The position numbers were made by a program, and so were the translations under genes. The notes beneath the pieces are model-generated. The model saw only the letters and a program-made list of their open reading frames with translations, did no database searches and had not been told where the DNA came from. A stretch of DNA of 63,385 bases, counting the filler, from Thraustochytrium aureum (taxonomy: Eukaryota): the NCBI GenBank assembly GCA_012862495.1. It is 4 parts of 3 records of this genome, joined end to end, with 100 filler letters (N's around TTAATTAATTAA, not from the genome) between each part and the next. Parts side by side here need not be neighbours in the genome. Positions count along the whole stretch, not along the records: positions 1 to 28,463 come from BLSG01000322.1; 3 more parts are not named here. One strand, written 5' to 3'. Every line of letters starts with the position of its first letter. Position 1 is the stretch's first letter. Of the stretch, positions 1-11,159 are shown piece after piece.

Positions 1-173
1 CTGGCTGGCTGGCTGGCGTCCAAGCTCGCTGGGGAGGATCGGGCTGGGCGGCCGGCGCTGGAAGCTAGGCAGGCAGGCAGGCAGGCGCGCAGGCAGCAGG
101 CAGCAGGAAGGCCAGCGCGTTTCGGTGCGCGAGGGAGTGGTAGGGCCGGACGCACGCGCGAGGGGCTGGCGGG

Positions 174-2009
174 ATGGATGAGATCCAGGACTGCATCGCG
201 GATGCCCAGTTCGGGGAGGTGCTGCGCGGGCGGGAGAACACGCGGCCAAATATGAGGATCCCGCAGCCCCCGGCCGACTTTGACGCCAACGTCTACGCTC
301 GAGAGCGCAAGGTCGACTTTGAGTTCACAATGACGCAGCCCGTGGGCGTCTACGTGATGTCGCAGTTCAAGCCGGAGAGCAAGGCCGTGTTCAAGTTCCT
401 CGCCGAGCTCAACGCGTTCAAAAAGGCGGACAACCCCGAACTGCGCGCCTACAACGCAGTCCTTGACCGCGCGAAAAAGCTGCCGCCCAAGTACCGCCAG
501 TCGTACGAGGAGATCTCGGTGCAGCTCAACGCAAGCGTGCTGCCCCAGCTTCGAAGCACGCCAAGCATGGGCAAGATGAACATGCGCAACGGCTCGGTGG
601 TGGGCGGGGCGGCCATCCCCGTCGACCCGCTCGACCTCGAAGGCATCACCACCATCGAGACGATCTCGGACACGCAGGTCGATCTCGAGGACGACAACGA
701 CAACGTGGAGGAAGAGCTCACGCGCAAGCGGATAAGCCTGACCCGGNACCGCACGGAGAACAAGCGCATGGCGGTCACCGTCTTTGACACGTTGCGCAAG
801 CGCCTCGTGGCCGACCAGGCCCCCACCTGGCAGGAGTTCAAGCAGTCGGGCGAGCACTTTGATCGCCTGATGCGCGTGCTGTGGTACTGCGAGCAGCCGG
901 TCTCGCTAGAGAGCTTCAACATTTTCCGCGACCTGGGCCGAGGGGCCTTCGGCGTCGTCTCGGGCGCAAAGTTTCGCGCCACGGGCGCGCTCGTCGCGCT
1001 AAAGTGCATGAATAAAAAGCTGGTCAAGGGGAAGAACGCCATCAAGCTCGTCAAGGCGGAGCGCGAGGTGCTGGCCCGCTTGGGCGAGCGCCCCAGCCCA
1101 TTCTGCGTCTTCCTGCAATATTCGTTCCAGGACAAGGAGAACTTTTACCTCGCTCTCCCGCTCTGCACGGGCGGGGACCTGCAGTACCACCTGGCGGTCC
1201 ACCGCTACTTTGACGCGGAGCGCGCGCGCTTCCACATCGCGGAGGTGGTGCTCGGCATTGCTCATCTGCACAACCTCGGCATTCTCTACCGCGACCTCAA
1301 GCCGGACAACATCCTCCTCGACGAGGAAGGCCACTGCCGCATCTCCGACATGGGCCTGGCCATCGTGACGAACGGCAAGTCGCTGCGCGGCCGCGCGGGG
1401 ACCCCGGGGTACTGGTCGCCCGAGATGATTTCGAAGAAGCGCTACTCGTACCCGACCGACTGGTGGAGCCTTGGCTGCGTCCTCTACGAGCTCCTGGCGG
1501 GTCGCTGCCCGTTTTCCAAGCTCAACAGCAAGTTGGAGCGTGATGACGCCACGCTGCACTGGCCTCTCGCGTTCCCGGAGCGCCTCGGCTGCGGGATCAA
1601 CGGCGAGCGCCGCCCGTTTCCCGAGGACGCCAAGAGCTTTATCTCCAAGCTCCTCAACCGCGACCGCACCGCGCGGCTCGGGTCTGGCGAGCGGGGCGCA
1701 GAGGAAGTCAAAGAGGACCCCTACTTTTACAAGATCAACTGGTCCAAACTTGCGCGCAAGGAGATCACGCCGCCCTACAAGCCTCGCGAGGCGATCAACG
1801 CCTTCAACCAGTCCGACATCGACGGCAAGAGCAATGAGCACGACTATCGCAAGCTCAAGCTTGAGGACTCGGACCTCATTGCTGACTTTGACTATACCAG
1901 TACCATCGGTCACCAGGAGGACCTGGTTGGCGTGCTCAAGTTGCAGGACGAGGGCAAGCTTCAGCACCTCGATCACCCGGAGACGCTCGGCTGCTGCTCG
2001 GTTTCATAG
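174..2009 (+). CDS. GRK: G protein-coupled receptor kinase (GRK) family AGC kinase with N-terminal RGS-homology region and C-terminal CaaX
   Basis: N-terminal helix MDEIQDCIADAQF resembles the GRK alphaN helix. Kinase motifs LGRGAFG, VALK, YRDLKPDNILLDEEGHCRISDMGLA and GRAGTPGYWSPE are present, followed by an AGC tail. The protein ends in CCSVS. Confidence 0.88.
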   Translation: MDEIQDCIADAQFGEVLRGRENTRPNMRIPQPPADFDANVYARERKVDFEFTMTQPVGVYVMSQFKPESKAVFKFLAELNAFKKADNPELRAYNAVLDRAKKLPPKYRQSYEEISVQLNASVLPQLRSTPSMGKMNMRNGSVVGGAAIPVDPLDLEGITTIETISDTQVDLEDDNDNVEEELTRKRISLTRXRTENKRMAVTVFDTLRKRLVADQAPTWQEFKQSGEHFDRLMRVLWYCEQPVSLESFNIFRDLGRGAFGVVSGAKFRATGALVALKCMNKKLVKGKNAIKLVKAEREVLARLGERPSPFCVFLQYSFQDKENFYLALPLCTGGDLQYHLAVHRYFDAERARFHIAEVVLGIAHLHNLGILYRDLKPDNILLDEEGHCRISDMGLAIVTNGKSLRGRAGTPGYWSPEMISKKRYSYPTDWWSLGCVLYELLAGRCPFSKLNSKLERDDATLHWPLAFPERLGCGINGERRPFPEDAKSFISKLLNRDRTARLGSGERGAEEVKEDPYFYKINWSKLARKEITPPYKPREAINAFNQSDIDGKSNEHDYRKLKLEDSDLIADFDYTSTIGHQEDLVGVLKLQDEGKLQHLDHPETLGCCSVS

Positions 2010-2476
2010 GGCCAGCATAGCCCCGTTTTCCGTCCCCTTCTGTGCCCTTGCTTGCCGCAGCGCGCCTGTTCTTTGGTAAAACTACGCATTCAAAATATTC
2101 GCCTACGTTTCTGTATGCTCTTTCCCTGGCCCTCAAAGGGTTGCTCCACGCGCGGGCCAGGGCATGAATGGACTCGCAGGCGTCGAGGTCGAAAGCACGA
2201 ATGAATGGACCTGGTGGCTTCGGGTCGCTGCGGCCGGTCCCCCCTATTCGCCGAGTGTCGCCGTCAATCTCTCTCTAGAGAGAGGTAGCTAGCCAGAAGC
2301 AAACCCACAGCGACAACAACAACAACAACGCAGCAGCACCTGCTGCAGGCTACAGCCGCGAAAGCTTCCGATTGGATTGCACGCAAAAGCGTTGTGCTTT
2401 GCGATAGAACAGCAGCTGCGTTGGTTTGGCGTTGGTTTGGCGTTGGTTTGTGCACGGAGGGGCGGGGGGTTCGGTC

Positions 2477-3456
2477 TCATGCAACGCGCGCCCTTTTCGG
2501 CTCAGGAGCAGAGCCATTCTCAGACGAGCCCGGCGCAGAGCCAGGCAGTCCAGCAGCCAACGTGCTCGTCGTCGAGTAGACCGCCAGGATCGTCTCAATG
2601 ATGCTACGAAGCCGTAGCGGGTCTTGGTCGAAGATCTTGTCCGGCTTGCCCATTATCTCGCGGCCCACCACGCCAACCGCCCGCTGCGTGAACGAGTTGA
2701 CACTGTCCAGGCGGGCGCTCAAATAGTAGTAGGCGAGGAGAACAGATGCGGCGCCGATCTCCTTGTGCGAGTACCGCACGCAGAGGTCCGTGAAGAGGCT
2801 GTCATTCAAAAAGTTCCAAGCCACGCTACGGAACTCGATGAGCCCCTTCTGGCCAATCTGGGTGCGCACCGGGCCGAGCAAGTGGTGGACGTGCATGTGC
2901 GGGTGCGTTACGCTCACGTCAAAGGAGAGGCTGTGGAGCAAGACGCGCTCGCTAAGCAGCACCTTCTCGCGCAGCGCGCGGCCCTGCTCCGACTCGACCG
3001 ACGGCGCCGCGGCAGATCCGACAGCACCTGCCGCCGAGCTGGACGTCGAGGACGCTGGAGCCCCGTCCTCGCTGGGTTTGGCAGCGGACGCCGATGCTGC
3101 GGCGCCCCCGTTGTTGGCGTCTACGCTCGATGCAAGCGAGCTGCTGGCCGCCTTGATGGGCCCAAAGTCGTGAATGGCTTGCGCCACGCGCACCACCTCC
3201 TCCAGGCGCTTGAACTCCTCTTCAACCTTTCCGGCAAGAAAACACAGGCCGTCCCCAACACAAACCTGTCGTGGTTCCCGAACGCCTGCCGCGCCATAAA
3301 CCTGTGAAAGTACACAAGCGCGGTGCACTGTGTGCCCAGCTGCAGCTTGAGCCCATTGCACAGCTTCTTGATGAACGTGCAGGTGCACCGCTTCAGTGTC
3401 GCCACGTCGCGCGGGTCGACCACGTCGGCCACGGCTGGCCGCGCGACCTCTGCCAT
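2477..3456 (-). CDS. Transcriptional cyclin (cyclin K/T/L class), frameshifted near 3240
   Basis: Cyclin box CTFIKKLCNGLKL...TALVYFHRF...GTACVFL continues in the adjacent frame as AGKVEEEFKRL...ERVLLHSLSFDVSVTHPH...AWNFLNDSLFTDLC. One missing T in the run at about 3239-3242 reconciles the frames. The C-terminus has an NLS-like PKRAR. Confidence 0.85.
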
Positions 3457-3643
3457 GCCTCCCAGCCAGAGCGACCTTTGGCACGACACCAACGCAAACC
3501 TGAAAACAGACGCGCGCCGATCCTCGCCTCGCGTCGCAGCGCACAGCGCGGCTCGTGCGACTCGAGCGCCCGCGCGCGACGGCGGTCTGCCTGCCACTCT
3601 CTCCCGTTCGCCCACGCGCTTCCCAGGCAGACCTTGCGCGCCG

Positions 3644-3938
3644 CACGTCATCTAGGGCCGTATGGTGACTCTGCGCGGTCGTGCGAGTGGACTGCCACAC
3701 GTCACATAGAGTCCCCAGGAGACTGAACCGGCCCCACGTCACTCGTTTTCCAGCTGTGACTCCTTTCGTACCGGGGGCCCGTGAGGTTGCCGTCACATGG
3801 GGTCCTGCTGCGACTACACCATCGGTTTTCTTCACTCAACGATAGCTTTACGTCACAGATCGCACCCATGTGATGTGACCACAACAAATACCCTTGCGAA
3901 TTCGTTCGGCCCACGTCACAGGCGACCCCACTGTGACT
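3644..3938. promoter_or_regulatory. Array of six bipartite inverted elements GTCAC-N13-GTGAC in a divergent intergenic region
   Basis: Left half-sites begin at 3647, 3701, 3738, 3792, 3852 and 3915. Right half-sites begin at 3665, 3719, 3756, 3810, 3870 and 3933. The spacer is always 13 nt and differs in sequence. A regulatory role is inferred from position only. Confidence 0.6.
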
Positions 3939-4208
3939 GGATTGGGTCGAGGCTTCTGACGAATCAAGCAGATAGATCTTCGTGAGTCATCAGGAGAGCG
4001 GCGCCAGCAGAGCAGCGCCCAGCCAGCAGAGCCGTATCGCGGCAGGAGACTGCAGCGGCGCAGGCTGCGCGGGCCCGTCTGTCGGCAGGCGCTGCGCGCA
4101 GGCGCTCTGCTTGAGGCGCTGGCAGTTGGCTGAACGAACGGTCCAGCTCCTGGGTTTTGCTTGTTGAGCGAACAGGCGCCGAAGGTGCCGTCGCGGTGGA
4201 TCGGGGGC

Positions 4209-6197
4209 ATGTTCGAGCTGGTGGTCGAGGTGGTTGGGCACCAGGGCGATGTCCGCAGTGTGTGCGCTCTGCGCGATGGCGGGTTCGTCTCGGGGAGCAG
4301 AGACAGGCTGGCGAAAATGTGGAAGAGCGTCGCAGATGGCAGGGCGTTCTCGGAGGAGCGAACGCTGTTTGAGCACGAGCACTGGGTGAGCGCGGTGTGC
4401 GCGCTGCCAGACGGCATGGGCTTTGCCACGGGGTCGCAGGACCACAAGATACGCTGGTACGACGAGCGGGGAATCCTCGTGGCCACGCTGAGCGGCCACC
4501 GCGGGCCCGTGTCGTCTCTGGCGTGGCACCAGGCCACGAGCGAGCTCCTGTCGGGGAGCTGGGACGGCACGGCACGCTCCTGGTCGCTGGACAAGGAGGC
4601 ACGCATCGGCGCGTGCAACAGCGTCNNNNNNNNNNNNNNNNNNNNNNNNNNNNNNNNNNNNNNNNNNNNNNNNNNNNNNNNNNNNNNNNNNNNNNNNNNN
4701 NNNNNNNNNNNNNNNNNNNNNNNNNNNNNNNNNNNNNNNNNNNNNNNNNNNNNNNNNNNNNNNNNNNNNNNNNNNNNNNNNNNNNNNNNNNNNNNNNNNN
4801 NNNNNNNNNNNNNNNNNNNNNNNNNNNNNNNNNNNNNNNNNNNNNNNNNNNNNNNNNNNNNNNNNNNNNNNNNNNNNNNNNNNNNNNNNNNNNNNNNNNN
4901 NNNNNNNNNNNNNNNNNNNNNNGCCTTTAACTTTTGCGTCGCCCCTGTCGCTGCCTGCAGCGAGCTCGCTGTGGCCTCGGATGACTGCTGCGTGCGCCTG
5001 TGGGCCACCGACAGCGGCGCCCTCATCGAGGAAGTCCCGCACCCTTGCACCGTCTGGTGGGCCACAGAGCTCTCGAATGGCGATCTGGCGACGGGCGGCT
5101 CTGATGGCGTGGTGCGCGTCTTCTCCCGCGACGAGGCCCGCAAAGGCCCGCCAGACGTCCGCCAGGCGTACTTGGAGCAGACCATGCAGGCTCGCGCGGC
5201 CATCGCGAAGAAGGCCTCGAACGGCGGCAAGCAGGTCGACGTGGCAAAGTTGACCAAGATCTACGAGGCCGGGCCTGGCACTGCAGACGGCGATGTCAAG
5301 ATGTTCAACAAGAGCGGCGAGGCGTGGGTTTACCAGTGGTCGTCGCTGTCTGGGACGTGGGTCGAAGTGGGCGAGGTGATGGGCGACGCCGGCGAGGGCA
5401 AAGAGGAGCTGGACGGCGAGGCCTTTGACCGCGTAGTCCCCGTGGAAATCGAAGACCCCGCCTCGGGCGGCCTTCGCAAGCTCAAGCTTGGCTTTAACAA
5501 CGGGGACAACCCTTACATGGTCGCCCAGCTCTTTGTGCAGAAGAACGGCCTCAACGAGGGCCACGTGCAGCAAATCGCCGACTTTGTGCAGAGCGTGCGC
5601 GGCCAGAGCTCAACGCCGATGATCGACATGTCTGGCGGCGCCGGGCTCGAGGAGAAGTCGGCCGCGGCGATGGAGATAGACAACATGGGCGCAGCCAGGG
5701 CTCCCGCGGCGGCCCCCGCCGGCCCGTTTCCGCTTCCCTCGAGCGCCGGGCTGGCGTTTGAGGCCGTTGACCTGGACAAGGTGATGGCCAAACTGTTGGA
5801 GCTCAACACGACGGTGCAGGGGCGGCAGCAGCTGGTCGGTGCAGAGCTCGACGCTGTGCGCGACGTCGCCGAGCTGCTCAAGCAGACGTCCAGGTACCAC
5901 TCCTCCATCATCCCCGGGGTTGGTGTGCGCGCCATCGACAAGGCGCTTGGCTGGGACGACGAGCACGTCTTCCCCGCGCTCGACCTCGTGCGAATTTTGC
6001 TAACGCACCCAGACGGCGCGGAGAAGCTTGTCATCGAGTCGGGCGGCTCGGCCCTTGTAGGGGCGCTCGCTCGCGGAGCCAAGGAGGGCGTCCCGCTCCC
6101 AGTTGCGCTCCTCGGCGCTCGAATTGGGGCCAACTTTTTCAGGCACACGGCCGGGGCCCGTGCGGGCGCAAAGGTGATCGCCGGCGACGGCGGCGTC
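4209..6197 (+). CDS. PLAA: Phospholipase A2-activating protein / Doa1 / Ufd3 (WD40-PFU-PUL), partial with gaps
   Basis: WD40 repeats (GHQGDVRSV...SGSRDRLAKMW; LSGSWDGTARSW). PFU region with W.EVGEV and KLKLGFNNGDNPYMVAQLFV. PUL region with FPALDLVRI. The 3' end lies in the gap 6198-6929. Confidence 0.93.
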
Positions 6198-7296
6198 NNN
6201 NNNNNNNNNNNNNNNNNNNNNNNNNNNNNNNNNNNNNNNNNNNNNNNNNNNNNNNNNNNNNNNNNNNNNNNNNNNNNNNNNNNNNNNNNNNNNNNNNNNN
6301 NNNNNNNNNNNNNNNNNNNNNNNNNNNNNNNNNNNNNNNNNNNNNNNNNNNNNNNNNNNNNNNNNNNNNNNNNNNNNNNNNNNNNNNNNNNNNNNNNNNN
6401 NNNNNNNNNNNNNNNNNNNNNNNNNNNNNNNNNNNNNNNNNNNNNNNNNNNNNNNNNNNNNNNNNNNNNNNNNNNNNNNNNNNNNNNNNNNNNNNNNNNN
6501 NNNNNNNNNNNNNNNNNNNNNNNNNNNNNNNNNNNNNNNNNNNNNNNNNNNNNNNNNNNNNNNNNNNNNNNNNNNNNNNNNNNNNNNNNNNNNNNNNNNN
6601 NNNNNNNNNNNNNNNNNNNNNNNNNNNNNNNNNNNNNNNNNNNNNNNNNNNNNNNNNNNNNNNNNNNNNNNNNNNNNNNNNNNNNNNNNNNNNNNNNNNN
6701 NNNNNNNNNNNNNNNNNNNNNNNNNNNNNNNNNNNNNNNNNNNNNNNNNNNNNNNNNNNNNNNNNNNNNNNNNNNNNNNNNNNNNNNNNNNNNNNNNNNN
6801 NNNNNNNNNNNNNNNNNNNNNNNNNNNNNNNNNNNNNNNNNNNNNNNNNNNNNNNNNNNNNNNNNNNNNNNNNNNNNNNNNNNNNNNNNNNNNNNNNNNN
6901 NNNNNNNNNNNNNNNNNNNNNNNNNNNNNAAATCTAAACAATCTTCGTTTGGGGTTTGGGTTTGGGCCGAGTCCGAGGCGACGCTGCTGTGCCAAGCCGA
7001 GAGATGGATCTTGCACTAGCACGTCACTGCGGACGTGGTCGGGTTGAGTATTGTTTACTCGTATCTATCTATCCGCAGACCGTAGCGAAATGCCACGGCT
7101 GTCGGAGCGGGGCAGCGGCAGAGTTTTGGCCAGGGCCACAGTGCCGTCCGCCTCGGGCGAAATGTGTGCAAGCCAGACCAATGACCACCAGGTGCAACGC
7201 TGCAACGCGCGCGGCCGGCCAAAGCGACACGAGCTGGCCGGCGCTCGCGAGTCGCTACATGGAAGCCAAGTGTACGAGCCCGGGCTTTTGCGCTGT

Positions 7297-8551
7297 CTAG
7301 AGGATGCGGCTGCCCATGGCCGACGCGATGAGCGCCATGCCCAGCTGCGCCGTCTGGTCCGACTCGGGCCCAGGCGTCAGCTTTGGGTTGACCTCCACAA
7401 GGTCCATCGAGCCGAGCATGTTGGTCTCGGACACGGCCTCCGCGATAAAGTGGGCCTCGCGAAAGTTGAACCCGCCGCGGACCACCGTACCCGTGGAAGG
7501 CGCCAGGTCCGGGTCCACGGCGTCAATGTCGTAGCTCAAGTGCAACGGACGCATCGACCCGTCTGGCAAGCGCAAATGCTCGAGCGCCATCTCCATCACC
7601 CTGCCAATGCCGTAGCGGTCGACGTGCTGCATGGTGAACGCCTTGATCTTCTTGTCGATGATGATGTCGCGCTCGGCCGCGTCGAGGTCGCGGAGGCCGA
7701 CAAACACGAGCTGCTCGGGCTTGAGGCGGGGAAGGTCCGCAAGCCACTCAAACCCAGGGATCAGCTTGGTGTCGACAAGGCCCATGAGCAGGCCCAGGGG
7801 CATGCCGTGCATGTTGCCGCTCGGCGAGTTGTCGGGCGTGTTCAGGTCGCCGTGCGCGTCGACCCAGATGATGCCCGTCTCCGGGCGCTCGCGCAAGATG
7901 GCCGACACGGACCCGGCAGCGATAGAGTGGTCGCCGCCAAGCACGAGAGCAAACTCGCCTGCGGCAGTGGCGCGGTGCACCTCGTCGTGGATCTTCTTGA
8001 GCCCCTTGCCGACGCAAAAGTTGTTCTTCGCGCGCCCCTTGAGCTTGGTCCTGTCGATGGCCGGGTCGCTGCGTGCCGGCGGGTCAAACTCGAGGTCGCC
8101 CACGTCGTCGATGCGCCACTCGAGGCCCAGCAGCGTGCCTTCCAGCCCGCAGTCGCGCAAAATTTGCGAGCCGTGGTCTGTCCCGGCGCGCGGTTGGCCC
8201 CAGGACATGGGTGCGCCAATCACGCACGCGGTCTTGGGCACCCGGAGGAATTCGGGCGTCGACACGTCGTTCCCGAGCCGTTCATAGTGGCCGTGGATGA
8301 GGGCGGCGCCGAAACCCTGCGCCGTGGGGTGGAAGGGCTCGGCGTCGGAGGGCGCGCTCGGGTCGGAGAAGGTCGAGAGCGCTGGTTTGTTGGTTTCTGG
8401 CCGGCCCCGGCCGTGGCATCTTTTCCGAGACCTTCTTGGTCGTGTCGCTGCGCTTCACGTGGGCCGTGATGCGCGTGCGCCGCTGCGTCCTTGCGCCAGC
8501 CGCCGCCGCGCGGACGGCCACTCGCCTCGATGCGTGTCCTCCGAGCATCAT
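7297..8551 (-). CDS. ARG: Arginase, probably mitochondrial; 5' exon tentative
   Basis: Motifs GGDHS, WVDAHGDLNTP, SPSGNMHGMP, GLRDLD, SYDIDAVDP, PSTGT and DLVEVNP are present. The frame stays open upstream to a CAG acceptor at 8382. An Arg/Ala-rich presequence-like ORF starts at ATG 8551. Confidence 0.93.
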
Positions 8552-8757
8552 CGCTGCCGGGTTGCTTGCTGCTCTTGCCTGCGCTTCGCTCGTATCCGGC
8601 GTTCACAGCGACTGCGGGCTGGGGCTCGGCGTTCGTTCGGGGTCTGTCTCGCAGCGCGACTGCGTGCTCTCGCGCAAGGCCACCTTGTCCAAGGACCCGG
8701 CCGGTCGCACCGTTGTTTTCCAGCCAACGAGGCGAGCGGAGCAGCAAGGTGACACAG

Positions 8758-8784
8758 GAGGGAGGGAGGGAGGGAGGGAGGGAG
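8758..8784 (+). repeat. (GGAG)n microsatellite
   Basis: About six tandem GGAG units are directly visible. Confidence 0.85.
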
Positions 8785-10181
8785 GCACGTTGGGAGGCGG
8801 GCAGGCCGCCACAGAGAGCGCGACGCAGTCCTCGCGCCCGAAAGCGCCTGAAACGCTTCCTTCGGTTCAGCAGTGGACAGACAGCGCAAGCGGCCCCCGG
8901 CGCAAGGCGGGCCGCGAGCGGCGCAGACTGTTGGTTGCCATGCGGCCTGCGCCTCTCGGCGGTTCACGGAGGCAGCCAAGCGAATCTCGCTGATTGGCCC
9001 ACGGCATCGCCCTCCCGGACGAACCTGCCAGTGGCAGCGCTGATGGAGAACAGCGAGTCCGCCTGACCGCCTCCACTCGCGCCAAGTTCCCACGAGTATT
9101 CTGGGCAGCTGAGCTANNNNNNNNNNNNNNNNNNNNNNNNNNNNNNNNNNNNNNNNNNNNNNNNNNNNNNNNNNNNNNNNNNNNNNNNNNNNNNNNNNNN
9201 NNNNNNNNNNNNNNNNNNNNNNNNNNNNNNNNNNNNNNNNNNNNNNNNNNNNNNNNNNNNNNNNNNNNNNNNNNNNNNNNNNNNNNNNNNNNNNNNNNNN
9301 NNNNNNNNNNNNNNNNNNNNNNNNNNNNNNNNNNNNNNNNNNNNNNNNNNNNNNNNNNNNNNNNNNNNNNNNNNNNNNNNNNNNNNNNNNNNNNNNNNNN
9401 NNNNNNNNNNNNNNNNNNNNNNNNNNNNNNNNNNNNNNNNNNNNNNNNNNNNNNNNNNNNNNNNNNNNNNNNNNNNNNNNNNNNNNNNNNNNNNNNNNNN
9501 NNNNNNNNNNNNNNNNNNNNNNNNNNNNNNNNNNNNNNNNNNNNNNNNNNNNNNNNNNNNNNNNNNNNNNNNNNNNNNNNNNNNNNNNNNNNNNNNNNNN
9601 NNNNNNNNNNNNNNNNNNNNNNNNNNNNNNNNNNNNNNNNNNNNNNNNNNNNNNNNNNNNNNNNNNNNNNNNNNNNNNNNNNNNNNNNNNNNNNNNNNNN
9701 NNNNNNNNNNNNNNNNNNNNNNNNNNNNNNNNNNNNNNNNNNNNNNNNNNNNNNNNNNNNNNNNNNNNNNNNNNNNNNNNNNNNNNNNNNNNNNNNNNNN
9801 NNNNNNNNNNNNNNNNNNNNNNNNNNNNNNNNNNNNNNNNNNNNNNNNNNNNNNNNNNNNNNNNNNNNNNNNNNNNNNNNNNNNNNNNNNNNNNNNNNNN
9901 NNNNNNNNNNNNNNNNNNNNNNNNNNNNNNNNNNNNNNNNNNNNNNNNNNNNNNNNNNNNNNNNNNNNNNNNNNNNNNNNNNNNNNNNNNNNNNNNNNNN
10001 NNNNNNNNNNNNNNNNNNNNNNNNNNNNNNNNNNNNNNNNNNNNNNNNNNNNNNNNNNNNNNNNNNNNNNNNNNNNNNNNNNNNNNNNNNNNNNNNNNNC
10101 GTGTCGCTCTGCGCGTCGCTCTGCTATCTGCTTGTGCGCGCTTGGTTGATTTCTTGCTGGGCGGACGGCGGGCGCGGACGG

Positions 10182-11159
10182 ATGAGCCGCGACGGGCGGT
10201 GCGCTGCGAGGCTTGTGCAGAGGCTCGATGATGGCGAGCTGAGGGAGGTGGAGAGGACCGCGCAAGGCGTGAGCGTCGTGCAACGATGGCATGAGGAATC
10301 GTCGAGCGAGGCCGAGCCGGTCTACCTCTTGGGCCTGTGGGGCACGCCTGGGACGACGCTCAAGGTGTGGCATGCAAGCTTTGGGAAGACGAGCAAGGTT
10401 CTGGTGGTGCACCACACGCTGGCGTCTCGAAAACCGATGTGGAGCTACTTTCGCATCCAGCTGGCGACGCCGCAAGTGGCAGAAGAACCACGCGCCTCGT
10501 CGATTGCCAGCTCCGTTCGTGCCGCAGAGCCGCCGCGCTTTGTCGTTCGCTGCTTCAAACTGCACGGTCGGAGTCGCCGCGAGGCGCCGAGGCGACGCCG
10601 CAGCAGCGCCCCGAGCGACGCGTGTCACGTCGACAAGCCACACTTCAAGGCTGCCGTCCTGCAGCGCGTTGCCGTCAACCTTTTGGCAGACGAGATGGAG
10701 AAGGATGAAGAATGCCGCGCGCAGTCTTTCTGCTACGACGTCGACGACGTCCCGTTCGAGACGATCACCGTATCATATAGCACCATGGACCAGCTGTTGA
10801 TAAACACAAAGCTACGCGAAGTGCTCGTTGCGCCAGGATCCAAGGGTCGCAAGCGCTCGCGGTCAGACGCCGTGCCGTCTCCCGCGAGTCTGCGCCAGCC
10901 CAAGCGCAGCGCCTCGTCGGAGGAAGACTCTGCCGCGCCCGCAAGGGAAAGCGACTCGGTTCAAGTGGCAACGAGAGCGAGAGTTCGGGCGAGTCGCTGG
11001 ATTGCATCACTAGAGTTGACGAGAGCGGCGTGTCAACGGTGGAGGTTGTCGAGATCCGCGACGAGGTGGACCTCACCTGAACAGCAGGACTGGCCTGCTC
11101 GGCGGCGCCGGCTGATACCGAATCGGCAGGCGCGCAGAAACGTGGGTATCTACTGCTAG
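10182..11159 (+). CDS. Hypothetical protein, possibly 5'-partial or frameshifted near the 3' end
   Basis: Long open frame with globular-looking segments and NLS-like KGRKRSR. No family recognised. Confidence 0.5.
   Translation: MSRDGRCAARLVQRLDDGELREVERTAQGVSVVQRWHEESSSEAEPVYLLGLWGTPGTTLKVWHASFGKTSKVLVVHHTLASRKPMWSYFRIQLATPQVAEEPRASSIASSVRAAEPPRFVVRCFKLHGRSRREAPRRRRSSAPSDACHVDKPHFKAAVLQRVAVNLLADEMEKDEECRAQSFCYDVDDVPFETITVSYSTMDQLLINTKLREVLVAPGSKGRKRSRSDAVPSPASLRQPKRSASSEEDSAAPARESDSVQVATRARVRASRWIASLELTRAACQRWRLSRSATRWTSPEQQDWPARRRRLIPNRQARRNVGIYC

Noticed and set aside
449..1976. Long antisense ORFs over GRK, and similarly over arginase, CCT4, CatSper4 and the AAA+ gene
   Set aside because: Shadow ORFs expected from high-GC codon bias, with no recognisable motifs.
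2165..2250. Repeated ATGAATGGAC and a UUCG-type hairpin as a possible ncRNA or ribozyme
   Set aside because: The stem is short and imperfect, and no hammerhead or other known core is present.
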